NCBI GenBank assembly: GCA_964016885.1
Contig: OZ024760.1
Coordinates: 19,778,001 to 19,842,000, forward strand
Origin: Eledone cirrhosa
Taxonomy: Eukaryota
Length of the DNA: 64,000 nt
Reading direction: 5' to 3'
Shown: positions 13,786 through 27,350 of the stretch, piece by piece
Numbering within the stretch: position 1 is the first letter of the stretch
Layout: the number at the start of each line of letters is the position of its first letter
Program-made: the position numbers and the translations under genes
The notes under the pieces: model-generated
The model's database searches: none
Seen by the model: the letters and a program-made list of their open reading frames with translations, nothing else
What the model was told of the DNA's origin: nothing

Positions 13786-14580
13786 TAACATGCAGGGATA
13801 TGGTGTACCTATTCTTAGCTGAACAAACAGTTTTATAGCTGGAAGCCCTTTCTAGCACCAACCTTTTTAGTCCCCTCGTACAACATGCAGGGATATGATG
13901 TACCTATTCTTAGCTGAACAAACAGTTTTATAGCTGGAAGCCCTTTCTAGCACCAACCTTTTTAGTCCCCTCGTACAACATGCAGGGATATGGTGTACCT
14001 ATTCTTAGCTGAACAAACAGTTTTATAGCTGGAAGCCCTTTCTAGCACCAACCTTTTTAGTCCCCTCGGTACAACATGCAGGGATATGATGTACCTATTC
14101 TTAGCTGGACAAACAGTTTTATAGCTGGAAGCCCTTTCTAGCACCAACCTTTTTAGTCCCCTCATACAACATGCAGGGATATGGTGTACCTATTCTTAGC
14201 TGGACAAACAGTTTTATAGCTGGAAGCCCTTTCTAGCACCAACCTTTTTAGTCCCCTCGTACAACATGCAGGGATATGGTGTACCTATTCTAGACCAGAC
14301 ACACAGTTTTACAACCAGGCTGCCCTTCCTAGCACCAACCCTTTATACACCTCTTATGACATTACAGTATGGTATACCTACTGTAAACCAGATAAACACA
14401 CTGAAAAAAGCTGGATGCCTTTTCTAACACTGTCACTTTCTAAGAGATGCAGAGATATGGTGTACCTGTTGTAAACCAGCTACACACAGCTTCACAACTA
14501 GGAATCCTTCCAGACAACAGATCCCTTGTAATCATCTTCCAACATGCAGGAATACACAGTCTTCCTATTCAAAACTAGAT
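13786..14580. repeat. 95-bp tandem repeat (about 5.5 good copies, then degenerate)
   Basis: CAACATGCAGGGATAT... period 95; contains TAGCTGGAAGCCCTTTCTAGCACCAACC, similar to the RTE/SINE tail motif. Confidence 0.85.
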
Positions 14581-15101
14581 ACAGAACACTCATATCAATG
14601 AAAAAATATATATATATTTTCATAAAAATGAAACATATGTTTATTTTTTCAAGTGATAATTTCGTCAAAATATTTACTACTTGAAAATGGCAAAAAATAT
14701 TATTCCATATAACATAACAAACAAATCGAAAGAGAGTCTTTTAATTCCATTTCCATGGACATTCTCTGTGAATTCTTGTAAAATATGAACAGAAATAAAT
14801 ATTGGCAAATTCATGGAAACGAAAAGTAAATGACATTATTTATTTATTTATATATTTATATATTTAACTTTCTTTTGTTTTGTCTTTTTTTTTTTTTTTT
14901 CGTTTTTCTTTTTTTTTTTTTCTTTTTTCTTTCAGGTAAGCACTGATTGAAATGTGTCTTGTATGTATGTTTAATAGAAATTTCTGTGTTCAATATTCAA
15001 TAATAAAAGTGTGTATAGAAGACTAGAGAGATACTGAAGATCAAAGAATTTATATCAGAAATGATGAATTGAAATCCTGAAGCAAGAATATGTATGTGCT
15101 C

Positions 15102-15141
<40 letters not shown>

Positions 15142-15279
15142 ACATGCTTATGCATGTGTATGTATATATATATGAAGATGAAGAAAGGGCAATAATAGAT
15201 CTTGGAGAGATTTACAAAGTGTTTAGTATTCTTATCATTGGAACTATATAATTCTATAAGATATGACATAAGTATAGAT

Positions 15280-15344
<65 letters not shown>

Positions 15345-15636
15345 CATATATATATATATATATAGATATAAATACATATATATATATATATATATATACA
15401 TATGTGTACATAGATATATATATATCTGTGTACATATATACATATATATATATATGTGTACATATATATATGTGTGTACATATATGTATATATATGAATA
15501 TATATGTGTGTTTATATATATATATATGTATATTTATATATATATGTGTGTGTGTGTGTATATATATATATGTATATAACCAATGGTAGCTAAAAAAACG
15601 GACATTAAACGGTGATGATGATTATATGTGTGTATG

Positions 15637-15696
<60 letters not shown>

Positions 15697-16147
15697 CACA
15701 CATATATATATATATATATATATACATACACACACATATATATATATATATATATACATACACACACACACATAATATGGCAATCATGTGTGTGGTTTAA
15801 CAAGTGTAATCTGGAAACAGAGACACCAATTGCTGCCACTACTACTACTACTACTACTAAAACCACCACCACTACTATCACTACAAATCCCACTACCACT
15901 GCTGCTACTACTACTGCTAGACAACTTTAAATAAAGCAGAGCATTGAAGTTCTCTTTGAAAATGAGTTGAATAAATTCTTGTAGAAGCAGGAAATTTTAG
16001 GTCTATAGATGTGAAGAATGGTAAGGTTCTTGAAGTTGTTGTTGTGTTCTTCAAGGAATGGTAAGGTTGATGTTGTTGTTGTTGTCGTGTTCTGTCAGAA
16101 ATGGTAAATTTGTTGTTGTTGTGTTTTGTCGGATATGGCCAGTTTAA

Positions 16148-16336
16148 TAATTGTCTCTACGTTAGGCACAAGGCCAGCAGTTACCCAGTGCATTACTGGT
16201 ACTTTATTTTATCGACCCCCGTAAAGATGAAAGGCAAAGTCAACCTCGGCGGGATTTGAACTCAGATCGTAAAGGGACGTAACTATGCTGGAAAGCATGG
16301 CGTCCGACCCTCTACCGATACTGCCAATCCACCGCC
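16148..16336 (-). mobile_element. SINE family A, full length, young
   Basis: Near-identical to 24608-24796, 41966-42153 and 61539-61726. Confidence 0.9.
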
Positions 16337-16339
16337 AGT

Positions 16340-16340
<1 letters not shown>

Positions 16341-16382
<42 letters not shown>

Positions 16383-16735
16383 AATTATTGTGTACAATGC
16401 TCAGGTGCACTACACCTCATCAACGGTGCATGTATGGTACATAGAATAATGTACAAATGTCAGGAAAGTGAACAGTGTATGTGTCATGATATACACACAG
16501 ACACATGTGTGTGTGTATATATGGAGAGGGAATATTAGGTGTAGTGTTGGCGAGTTTTAAGAGGCATTGAGGTTTTAAAGGATGCAATGTCCCAACAGCT
16601 AACAACTGATGCAGGTAGTTTGTTCCATGCTTCAGCAACTCTGAACATGAAAAAATGTTTCCGAAAGTCATGGCAGCTGTGCTGTTTTCTGACTTTGTAG
16701 GCATTCCCACGTGTGTTAGACATATGGAATTCAAA
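16341..16735 (-). mobile_element. CR1-like LINE 3' end
   Basis: Translation SNTRGNAYKVRK...FRKHFFMFRVAEAWNKLPASVV...SFK matches the CR1/L2-group C-terminal motif TRGH..K...RK.FF..RV...WN.LP..VV; ends in an (ATT)n tail. Confidence 0.75.
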
Positions 16736-16959
16736 AAGGTTAGTATTTACATTACTCTATATATACTATTGTATTTTCACAGTAAAGGCTTTACCTCACA
16801 TAATATCTCACATAATATCGAATCTACAAGGCTTCAATATTATTTATTTTGAGAACAATACCTTAACGTCAGTATGAGTGACTAGTTATGGCCAGTTTGA
16901 ACAGAAAGAGGTGAGAGAATTCTGGCTGGATACAGCCGGTTTAAACACTAAAGGGTTAA
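16734..16959 (-). mobile_element. piggyBac-like MITE (family P), monomer
   Basis: Ends CTAAAGGG-TTAA; body is the reverse complement of the elements at 50619-52065 and 59666-60375. Confidence 0.65.
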
Positions 16960-17309
16960 GATGTGAAAAACACAAACTAAAATTTGTATGGAATTTTATA
17001 TATAACTGTCAAAGTAGCAAACAAGTTATGTTTAATAATAAGGTTTGCAAAACATAGCGCAAACTGTCAATTCTGTTAAAAATGAGAGGTGGTTTGTGTG
17101 TTCAGTTTATCTTGGCTAATTATATTAGATGCGTTATTAAATTTTCTGTTTTAAATTTCATAAGAATCTATATTCTATTGTAAAGAATCTAGGCCTTGCT
17201 TGTTTACCAGACAAAGTGCTGGGTTCACCACAAACTCATACAAAGTGTGGCAGAATATTTTTACTTTTTCAAAAATGCGCCATCAGTAAAAACAATTTGA
17301 GAACCACTG

Positions 17310-18440
17310 TCATCATTATCATCATCATCATCATCATCATCGTTTAACGTCCAATTTCCATGCTAGCATGGGTTAGATGGGTTGTCGCATTTGAGGCAAG
17401 TTGGGTCAGGTGACCATGTCTTGCTTATATAAGACTGTTTCTGGCTAAATTTCTACAGGTGGATACCCTTCCTAATGCCAACCACATTTATAGTATGTGC
17501 TGAATGCTTTTAGCCGTGACTCCTACACAACAACTTTACAGTGTGGACTGGGTGCTTTTTGTCGTGACACCTATACGACCACTTTACAGTGTGGACTGGG
17601 TGTTTTTAGCCATGACACCTACATGATCACTTTACAGTGTGGGCTGGGTACTTTTAGCTGTGATTCCTACACAACCACTTTATAGTATGGGCTGGGTACT
17701 TTTAGGTATGACTCCTACACAACCACTTTACAGTGTGGACTGGGTACTTTTAGCTGTGACTCCTACACAACCACTTTATAGTATGGGCTGGGTACTTTTA
17801 GGTATGACTCCTACACAACCACTTTACAGTGTGGACTGGGTACTTTTAGCTGTGACTCCTACACAACCACTTTATAGTATGGGCTGGGTACTTTTAGGTA
17901 TGACTCCTACACAACCACTTTACAGTGTGGGCTGGGTACTTTTATCTGTGACTCCTACACAACCACTTTATAGTATGGGCTGGGTACTTTTAGGTATGAC
18001 TCCTACACAACCACTTTACAGTGTGGACTGGGTACTTTTAGCTGTGACTCCTACACAACCACTTTATAGTATGGGCTGGGTACTTTTAGGTATGACTCCT
18101 ACACAACCACTTTACAGTGTGGACTGGGTACTTTTAGCTGTGACTCCTACACAACCACTTTATAGTATGGGCTGGGTACTTTTAGGTATGACTCCTACAC
18201 AACCACTTTACAGTGTGGACTGGGTACTTTTAGCTGTGACTCCTACACAACCACTTTATAGTATGGGCTGGGTACTTTTAGGTATGACTCCTACACAACC
18301 ACTTTACAGTGTGGGCTGGGTACTTTTAGCTGTGACTCCTACACAACCACTTTATAGTATGGGTTTGGTACTTTTAGCTATGACTCCAACATAACCACTT
18401 TATAGTGTGGGCTGGGTGCTTTTTGTTGTGATACCTACAT
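17310..18440 (-). repeat. RTE/SINE tail with a 40-bp minisatellite (80-bp higher-order dimer)
   Basis: (CAT)n-CGTTTAACGTCC-CATGCTAGCATGGGTTAGA tail, then GACTCCTACACAACCACTTTACAGTGTGGACTGGGTACTTTTA units alternating between two variants. Confidence 0.85.
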
Positions 18441-18662
18441 TAAAGTAAAAACTTCAATTTTTTAATGTGATGCAACCATAATGCTGGGGTTTTTTTTGTT
18501 TGTTTGTTTTTTTTGTTTTTCTATTCAAGAATATCTTGCTAATGTGGTTTCATGTGGAACAGGATGTTAAGAGTTAATTATAAAAACAATAAAAGCTTTA
18601 CACAGAACAGAAATACGTAACAACCTAAGTATAATCACCCCACTGTCATCAACATTATCAAC

Positions 18663-18842
18663 ATTGGCAGTATCAGTAGAGGGTTGGATGTCATGCTTAG
18701 CATAGTTACGTCCCTTTACAGTCTGAGTTCAAATCCCGTCGAGGTTAACTTTGCCTTTCAACCTTGCAGAGTCGATAAAATAAAGTACCAGTAATGTACT
18801 GGGGATAATTGCTGGCCTTGTGCCAAATGTAGAAACAATTAT
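18663..18842 (+). mobile_element. SINE family A
   Basis: B box and Nin-like core present. Confidence 0.8.
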
Positions 18843-19816
18843 TAACATGATCATCATCATCACCTTTTATCTATTTTTCTATGCTTGCATGGGTTAGACA
18901 GGTTGTCACGCTCTGAATCTAGACCAGTCAGGAAGCCATGTCTTGTTCATATATTCCGTCTATACACACATTCAGTACAGAATGAAAGACAATTATAAAT
19001 TTCACATGTAAAGTGATCTAAGAGGTAAGAAAAACATACTTGAAATGGCCACAATCTAAACTATAATAAATTATATTAAAAAAGAAGATTTAATTTTCAA
19101 GTAGGAATATAAGGCCTCAATATGTTATATAATGGAGGAGGTGCACAGCAGTTAATGTGGAAATAGATCATGATAAATGGTTTAATCTGTGAGACTTCAA
19201 CTTACTGAAGTGGGTGCTATTTGAACAGACCTAAAATTCTAATATCACTTTTTGTATTTTTGTTTCGTCCTGGTTTTTGTTTTGTTTTTTGTTTTGTTTT
19301 GTTGTTTTTTTCATATTATTATTATTATTATTATCATTGTCTAACAAACATGTTATTTCCAAATTAATAGCTACAAAAATAATTTAGAAATATAAACAAG
19401 GTTAACAGACGTATTTAATTGGAAAAAAACAAAAATAAGTTGAATAATTCTCACAATTTCTGATAAAACTACTTTGAAAATCTGACAACAGAACAGGTGT
19501 TTTAACCTACCTAGCCATACACTACCTTCATTGTCATGACAAGGGGTTGTATAATGGCACCCCGTGTATAATGGGCTTCATACTGATCATAGGGTCCTTT
19601 TATGAAGCAATGTTTTTGAGCCAGTTTATTTTACTGACATAAATCCGTTTAGTCACCTTTTACGACACACAGGTATCCTGTGTACCTATTCGAAACCGAA
19701 GACACGGCAGATAACTAGTAATGGATACAAATATTTTAAGTTCATTTTCCCTTCTCAAGGATTGGTTTACCTTGCAGGCCTCATGAAAGGTTTCATATTC
19801 ATCAGACAATCATTAT

Positions 19817-20012
19817 GGCGGTGGATTGGCAGTATCGGTAGGGGGTTAGACACCATGCTTTACAGCATAGAGTTATGACCCTTGCTATTCTGAGTTCAAA
19901 TCCCGCCGAGGGTTAATTTTGCCTTTCATCCTTACGGGGTCGATAAAATATAGTACCAGTAATGCACTGGGGTAATTTCTGGCCTTTTTTGCCAAAAATA
20001 GAAACAATTATT
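19817..20012 (+). mobile_element. SINE family A
   Basis: Starts GGCGGTGGATTGGCAGTATCGG; full core present. Confidence 0.85.
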
Positions 20013-20128
20013 TAAGCAATGTTTTATAGCCTGATACCATTCCTGGTGCCAACACTTTCAGTTATCTCTTACAACAGACAAGGACAGAAATTGTTGTTAC
20101 TCTAAACCAGATATATATACACATATAT

Positions 20129-20476
20129 GGAGGCACATGGCTTAGTGGTTAGAGCATTGGCCTTGCAATCGAAAGGTTGTGAGTTCAATTCTCAGACCGG
20201 GTGATGTGTTGCTTCCTTGAGCAAGACACTTTATTTCACATTACTCCAGTTTACTCAGCTGTAGAAATGAGATGATAGGGACTGGGGTCCATATCATTCC
20301 ACTGCAAAGTGGTCGTGGAGGTGCCACGGCAAAAAAGCACCCAGCACTCACTGTAAATGAGGTTGGTGTTAGGAAGGGCATCCAGCTGTAGAAATCAAGC
20401 CAGAATCAGTTCCCGTCCCACCCTTGCAAGCAGGGAAAAAGCGGACATAAAATGAAATGATGATGCTGATGATGAT
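20129..20476 (+). mobile_element. tRNA-derived SINE, family C (CORE-like body, RTE-type tail)
   Basis: A box TGGCTTAGTGG, B box GAGTTCAATTC, TCCTTGAGCAAGACACTT core, tail CCCACCCTTGCAAGCAGGGAAAAAGCGGAC-(TGA)n. Near-identical to 54721-55060. Confidence 0.85.
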
Positions 20477-20810
20477 ATACATACAATAAAGATTATCTTG
20501 ATAAATGGTTTAATCAATGAAGTTTCAAGTCAGTGAAGTGTGCTATAGAAGCAGACCTAAAATTACAATATCATGTTATATTTTCGTCTTATTTTTCCTT
20601 ATCATCTAATAGACATTTTATTTTCATGTTAATAGACACTAAAATAAATTGGAAACAAAAACAAATTTAATGAGTAATTTTAATTGGAAAAAACGTCAGA
20701 ATTCTCAGAAATTCTTACAATTCCTAACAAAACAAAAAAAAAACGTTTCAAAAGGCAAAAGAAAAAGAAGCTAACAAAAAAATTACTCTTGGAAATGGTC
20801 GTTCAAATAA

Positions 20811-20990
20811 GAATTGTTTCTACTTTTGGCACAAGGCCAGCAATTATCCCAGTGCATTACTGGTACTTTATTTTATCGACCCCATAAGGATGAAAGGCAA
20901 AGTTAACCTCGGCGGGATTTGAACTCAGATCATAAAGGGAGGTAACTCTATGCTTCAAAGCATGGCGTCTGACCCTTACCGATACTGCCA
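20811..20990 (-). mobile_element. SINE family A
   Basis: Reverse-complement core. Confidence 0.8.
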
Positions 20991-21350
20991 TAAGAATATT
21001 AGATGTTTATAGAATATATATATATATATAGAAAGATAGATAGATAGATATAAATATAGATAGATATATATATTATATATATTATATATATAGGTGATGA
21101 ATTTGTTTTGCAAGGTTTTTTATATGAAACCAAACAGTGAGTGTGTTTTATTATATATTTCTGGCAATATTATAACAACATTACCCTCCCCAAATATAAG
21201 ATATATATATATATATATATAGTAAGGTGTATTATTGGTTGTGTAAAACAGTCCAATAAATTTATGTTAGCAATATTAAGTTCTCCACGCTTTTGTATAT
21301 CTCCAATTCCATTCAAGGGAACAGCTAGATGATGTAAAATGGAGTATAAG

Positions 21351-21593
21351 TATCAAAAGGAAAATCTGAAGGCAAGGTAAAATTCCAATGATTTTAATCA
21401 CGACACATGTTTCACTCTGTGAGTGAACATTGCTAATTTTCTCCCTCATATCAAGAATTTGAAGACAATTCATTTTCACCTGATGAGATCAGTGATAATT
21501 GATCACGGCTTTACGATCGATCTATCTCTTATTGAAACATGTGTCGTGATTAAAATGATTGGAATTTTACCTTGCCTTCAGATTTTCATTTTG

Positions 21594-21596
<3 letters not shown>
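21351..21596. mobile_element. Fold-back element with 64-bp inverted arms carrying an HHR
   Basis: Arms 21351-21414 and 21533-21596 match at 62 of 64 positions. Confidence 0.8.
21476..21549 (+). ncRNA. Hammerhead ribozyme, intact core, GUC site
   Basis: TCAC-CTGATGA-[GAT C AGTGATAATTGATC loop GATCGATCTATCTCT T ATT]-GAAA-CATGTG-TC-GTGA; predicted cleavage after 21545. Confidence 0.75.
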
Positions 21597-21636
<40 letters not shown>

Positions 21637-21849
21637 GTAATGATAATAAATGTGAAGACTAAAATCCGAAGAGGGCTCGATAAGGATAATATATATATCA
21701 AAATATATAAAACCATAGAGCAGTTTCAGAAGATCCCGTTAAGGGTGAAAGCAGCGATTCTTTGCTTAAACTTTAATCTGATATTTTAATAAATAAATAT
21801 ATATATATATACATTTTTGTTTACCTTTTACATACATATGTTTGTGTCT

Positions 21850-21880
<31 letters not shown>

Positions 21881-21977
21881 CATGTGCGTGTAGTAGAGTA
21901 TGGATATACTATAAAAAGTCAGGACCCAACAACTGAGCTGTTGAAACAGCAAGAGCTCAACCATGGGTCCTGACTGT

Positions 21978-22011
<34 letters not shown>

Positions 22012-22017
<6 letters not shown>

Positions 22018-22152
22018 TTGACCTCAAATGGCTAAGACTGGAAGAGGAGATGATGAAGAACTGCAACAAGTGGAGAGATGCCGTGTTTGGAAGGACCCGT
22101 CCAACCCATGCTAGCATGGAAAAGCAGCCATAGAAACGACGATGATGATGAT
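22012..22152 (+). mobile_element. RTE LINE extreme 3' end
   Basis: Translates DLKWLRLEEEMMKNCNKWRDAVFGRTRPTHASMEKQP*, followed by (GAT)n. Confidence 0.7.
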
Positions 22153-22511
22153 GCTTAAGAGGAAATCTATTGTATTCCTTAAATTTAGTTCTAAAGCTCT
22201 CACCTCTCAGACCCCTAAATAGATTGTTGAAATATCCATCTGTAAAAACCATTCATTTTTCTTTCAAGTTACAGAACGAGATAGAAAATGGAAATTATTC
22301 TGGTTTTATCTGAAGTGTTAAAGAAAGGTTTATTGAAAGTCTGTGAATGGATTGGGTCTAATTGGAATGAAGGAATGAAAGAAGAAAACAATACAAATAA
22401 ATTTATGAATAAATATTTTAATTTTTTACTACAGAATAAAATATTCATTCTAAAGAAAACTTCAAGAATTTTAATTGTTTTTTGGGGTAACATTATAATT
22501 ACTATTATCAT

Positions 22512-23170
22512 TTCCCGCCGAGGTTAACTTTACCTTTCATACTTACGGGGTCGATAAAATAAAGTACCAGTAATACACTGGGTAATTGCTGGCCTTGTGC
22601 CTAAAGTAGAAACAATTATTATTACTATTACTATTACTTCTATTACATTCTGAGTTCAAATTCTGCAGAGGTTAACTTTGCATTTCATCCTTACAGGGTC
22701 GATAAAATAAAGTACCAGTAATACACTGGGTAATTGCTGGCCTTGTGCCTAAAGTAGAAACAATTATTATTACTATTACTATTACTTCTATTACATTCTG
22801 AGTTCAAATTCTGCAGAGGTTAACTTTGCATTTCATCCTTACAGGGTCGATAAAATAAAGTACCAGTAATACACTGTGATCAATTTAATCGATTTTCCCC
22901 TCCACTAAATTGTTGGCCTTGTGCCTAAATCAGAAACAATTCTTCTACTTCTTCTTTTTATTATTATTATTATTATATTATAGGGTAGTGGTTTGGCAGT
23001 AATCGGTGAACGTCAGACACCATGCTTTGCAGCATAGAGTTATGGCCCTTTACGTTCTGAGTTCAAATCCTGCCGAGGTTAACTTTGCCTTTCATCCTTA
23101 CAGGGTCAATAAAATAAAGTACCAGTAATGTACTGGTAAATTGCTGGCCTTGTGCCAAAAGTAGAAATAA
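22512..23170 (+). mobile_element. Tandem partial SINE A units followed by a full SINE A (22983-23170)
   Basis: The 3' half of SINE A is repeated three times, then a complete copy follows. Confidence 0.8.
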
Positions 23171-23624
23171 TAATTATTATTATTATTCTAAATTTCAATA
23201 GAAAATGAATGAAGATCTTGAGACATGTGTGAATATGATTAGTGTGCAACTCTCGTTGGTATCTTCCAATCAATAAACCCTACTACTCACAAGTCAATAT
23301 ATTCCAAGGAGTCAATTATTGTTTTGACAGACAAAAGAAAAAGTTTACTTATGGGAAGAAAAAAGAAAGAAAGAAAGAAAAAAAATTAAATTAAATAAAA
23401 ATAAAATTTTCAAAAAATAAAATAGAAGGAATTTTAATAAAAGCTAAACCAGCCAGAAGGAAAACTAAGGAAATTTGGTGAAAGTTAAAATAGATTATAT
23501 CTATTAATACATAGTACAAAGACAGACGTCTCTAACAAATTTTAATTTCTTGCAAATTTTCTTTACAAGACAAAGATACTGTAATAAATTATATGCAGAT
23601 ATACTGTTATATAAGCAATTGTTT

Positions 23625-25050
23625 TATATAATATATTGTTATATATAATATATTGCTATATATAGTATATTGTTATATAAAATATATTGTTATATATAAT
23701 ATATTGTTATATATAATATATTGTTATATATAATATATTGTTATATATAGTATATTGTTGTATAGAATATATTGTTATATGTAGTATATTGTTATATATA
23801 ATATATTGTTATATATAGTATATTGTTATATATAGTATATTGTTGTATAGAATATATTGTTATATATAGTATATTGTTATATATAATATATTGTTATATA
23901 TAGTATATTGTTATATATAGTATATTGTTGTATATAGTATATTGTTATATATAGTATATTGTTATATATAGTATATTGTTGTATAGAATATATTGTTATA
24001 TATAGTATATTGTTATATATTGTTATATATAGTATATTGTTATATATAGTATATTGTTGTATAGAATATATTGTTATATATAGTATATTGTTATATATAA
24101 TATATTGTTATATATAGTATATTGTTATATATAGTATATTGTTGTATAGAATATATTGTTATATATAGTATATTGTTATATATAATATATTGTTATATAT
24201 AGTATATTGTTATATATAGTATATTGTTGTATAGAATATATTGTTATATATAGTATATTGTTATATATAATATATTGTTATATATAGTATATTGTTATAT
24301 ATAGTATATTGTTGTATAGAATATATTGTTATATATAGTATATTGTTATATATAATATATTGTTATATATAGTATATTGTTATATATAGTATATTGTTGT
24401 ATAGAATATATTGTTATATATAGTATATTGTTATATATAATATATTGTTATATATAGTATATTGTTATATATAGTATATTGTTGTATAGAATATATTGTT
24501 ATATATAGTATATTGTTATATATAATATATTGTTATATATAGTATATTGTTATATATAGTATATTGTTGTATAGAATATATTGTTATATATAGTATATTG
24601 TTATATATAATTGTTTCTACTTTAGGCACAAGGCCAGCAATTACCCCAGTGCATTACTGGTACTTTATTTTATCGACCCCGTAAGGATGAAAGGCAAAGT
24701 CAACCTTGGCGGGATTTGAACTCAGATCGTAAAGGGACGTAACTATGCTGGAAAGCATGGCGTCCAACCCTCTACTGATACTGCCAATCCACTGCCATAA
24801 TATATTGTTATATATTGTTATATATAGTATATATCGTATATATATTGTTATATATAGTATATATCTTGTTATATATAGTATATATATTGTTATATATAGT
24901 ATATATAGTATATATATTGTTATATATAGTATATATCTTGTTATATATAGTATATATAGTATATATATTGTTATATATAGTATATATAGTATATATATTG
25001 TTATATATAGTATATTGTTATATATAATATATATATATAATATATTGTTA
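23625..25050. repeat. About 17-bp AT-rich minisatellite (ATATTGTTATATATAGT) interrupted by SINE A at 24608-24796 (minus)
   Basis: Directly visible. Confidence 0.9.
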
Positions 25051-25319
25051 TACATAATATATTCTTATATATATAATTATCATCATCATCATCCCCGTTT
25101 TACGTCCATTCTTACACACTAGCATGGGTTAGACGGGTTGTTGCGGCATCGAGTTATGTCTTTTATGTTCTGAATTTAAATCCTGCCAAGGTTAGCTTCG
25201 CCTGTCATCCTTATGGGGTCAATAAAATAAAGTACTGGTCATGCACTGGGATCGATTTAATCGACTTTCCTCCTCCTCTCCTTCAAATTGCTGGCCTTGT
25301 GCCTATATTAGAAATCATC

Positions 25320-25545
25320 TACCACTGGGTAAAGAAGTGCCAAGAAATCCCAGTAGAAGGAAGACACAGTAGAGGAAGACCACGAAAAAACATGGGCAGA
25401 GGTGGTGAGGGATGACCTCAGATCACTGAAGCACACGGAGGAGATGACTAAGGACCGTGACAAGTGGAGAGATGCTGTGCAGAGTAGGACCTGTCCCACC
25501 CTTGCAAGCAGGGAAAAGCAGGCGTAAAATGATGATGATGATGAC
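25320..25545 (+). mobile_element. RTE LINE 3' end
   Basis: KCQEIPVEGRHSRGRPRK(frameshift)TWAEVVRDDLRSL...DRDKWRDAV, with tail CCCACCCTTGCAAGCAGGGAAAAGC-(GAT)n. Confidence 0.75.
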
Positions 25546-25597
25546 GATATATATATATATATACACAATATATAATTTCATCATCACCATCATTTGT

Positions 25598-25765
25598 GAA
25601 GGCACATCGCTTAGTGGTTAGAGCATTGGGCTTGCAATCGAAAGGTTGTGAGTTCAATTCTCGGACTGGGTGATGTGTTGTTTCCTTGAGCAAGACACTT
25701 TATTTCACGTTGCTCCAGTTTACTCAACTGTAGAAATGAGATGATAGGACTGGAGTCCCTATCAT
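25598..25765 (+). mobile_element. SINE family C, 5' half
   Basis: tRNA head and core match 20129-20295. Confidence 0.8.
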
Positions 25766-26739
25766 TAAATCACCTAAGACACCTCCAACGAGATATACTT
25801 TGGAGGAGGCCAGCTAAACCTGCATAGGTGTGAGCTGTCACACACACACACAATACATAATTTATTAGGGGAGAAATTGCTGAGAAAATTTAGAGTAAAA
25901 AACTGAAGATTTCAATTTTTAATGTGACACAGCCATACTACTGTTTTGTACTTTTGAAGAATTTTTTGCTAATGTGGTTTGCTCATTAAATTATAATTAA
26001 TTCAAGAGGATATTGTAGTTTACTTGAAGCATTATAGAATACGCAGAAAGTAGAGTGTAGCCATCTTAAAAATACAATATTTTTATAATTTAATTATACT
26101 TTTCAAGAATGTTTTGTTCATGTGTTTTCATGTGGCGCAGCGTATTAAGAGTTAACAGTACGAATAAAAAAATATATTTTAATAGCTCTGTATATTATAT
26201 ATATCAATATAACATTCACAGCCTCATTAGATAAGAGGTTAAGATTAACATTTGTCTAGTTTTCTCTCTGATCAATGCAAGACAGATAAGAACTTAGCCA
26301 AGATAAATAAACCATTGATAAACCAATCGAAAACAACAATTTGTACAGTAATATACACTATATAATATATACATATACATTATATATATATACACTATAT
26401 AATATATACATATACATTATATATATATAAAATAAATATGCATAAAATATATATAAAATATACATACATACACACATTATATATATTTTATATAAATATA
26501 CATAAAATATATATAAAATATACATACATACACACACACATTATATATATTTTATATAAATATACATAAAATATATATAAAATATACATACATACACACA
26601 CACATTATATATATTTTATATAAATATACATAAAATATATATAAAATATACATACACATTATATATATTTTATATAAATATACATAAAATATATATAAAA
26701 TATACATACACATTATATATATATATATACACACACATT

Positions 26740-26805
<66 letters not shown>

Positions 26806-26911
26806 CATGTTTTTATATATATATATACATACATACACTATATATATACATACACACACATATATATACATACACACACATATATATACATACACACACA
26901 TATATATACAT

Positions 26912-26985
<74 letters not shown>

Positions 26986-27277
26986 ATTGGCACTGTTACA
27001 GTTTGGTAGAGAGGTTATTGTATTGTGCTGTTTATATTATTTATAGAAATATAGCCATGTACTGTTATTGTTATCGGTGATGTCTTGCAGCTAAGTTAAT
27101 ATCACAAACTACCACACCCACTATTACTACTACCACACACACACACACACACACATACATACACGCATATATATATATACATGTATTCAAATAATGCAAT
27201 ATGATTGAAAAATACAAATTAGAAATATCTTTGCTTTGCTGCAATCTTGCCAGCTTCATATGCAATATATATGCATG

Positions 27278-27317
<40 letters not shown>

Positions 27318-27350
27318 GACATACACATATAAATATACATATATATATAT

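Noticed and set aside
20129-20200. tRNA gene
   Set aside because: A and B boxes are present but the acceptor and anticodon stems do not pair well, and it continues into a SINE body present in three copies.
21726-21762. HHR-like CAGAAGA-TCCC-GTTAA-GGGT-GAAA
   Set aside because: U4 is altered and no helix I or III pairing is present.
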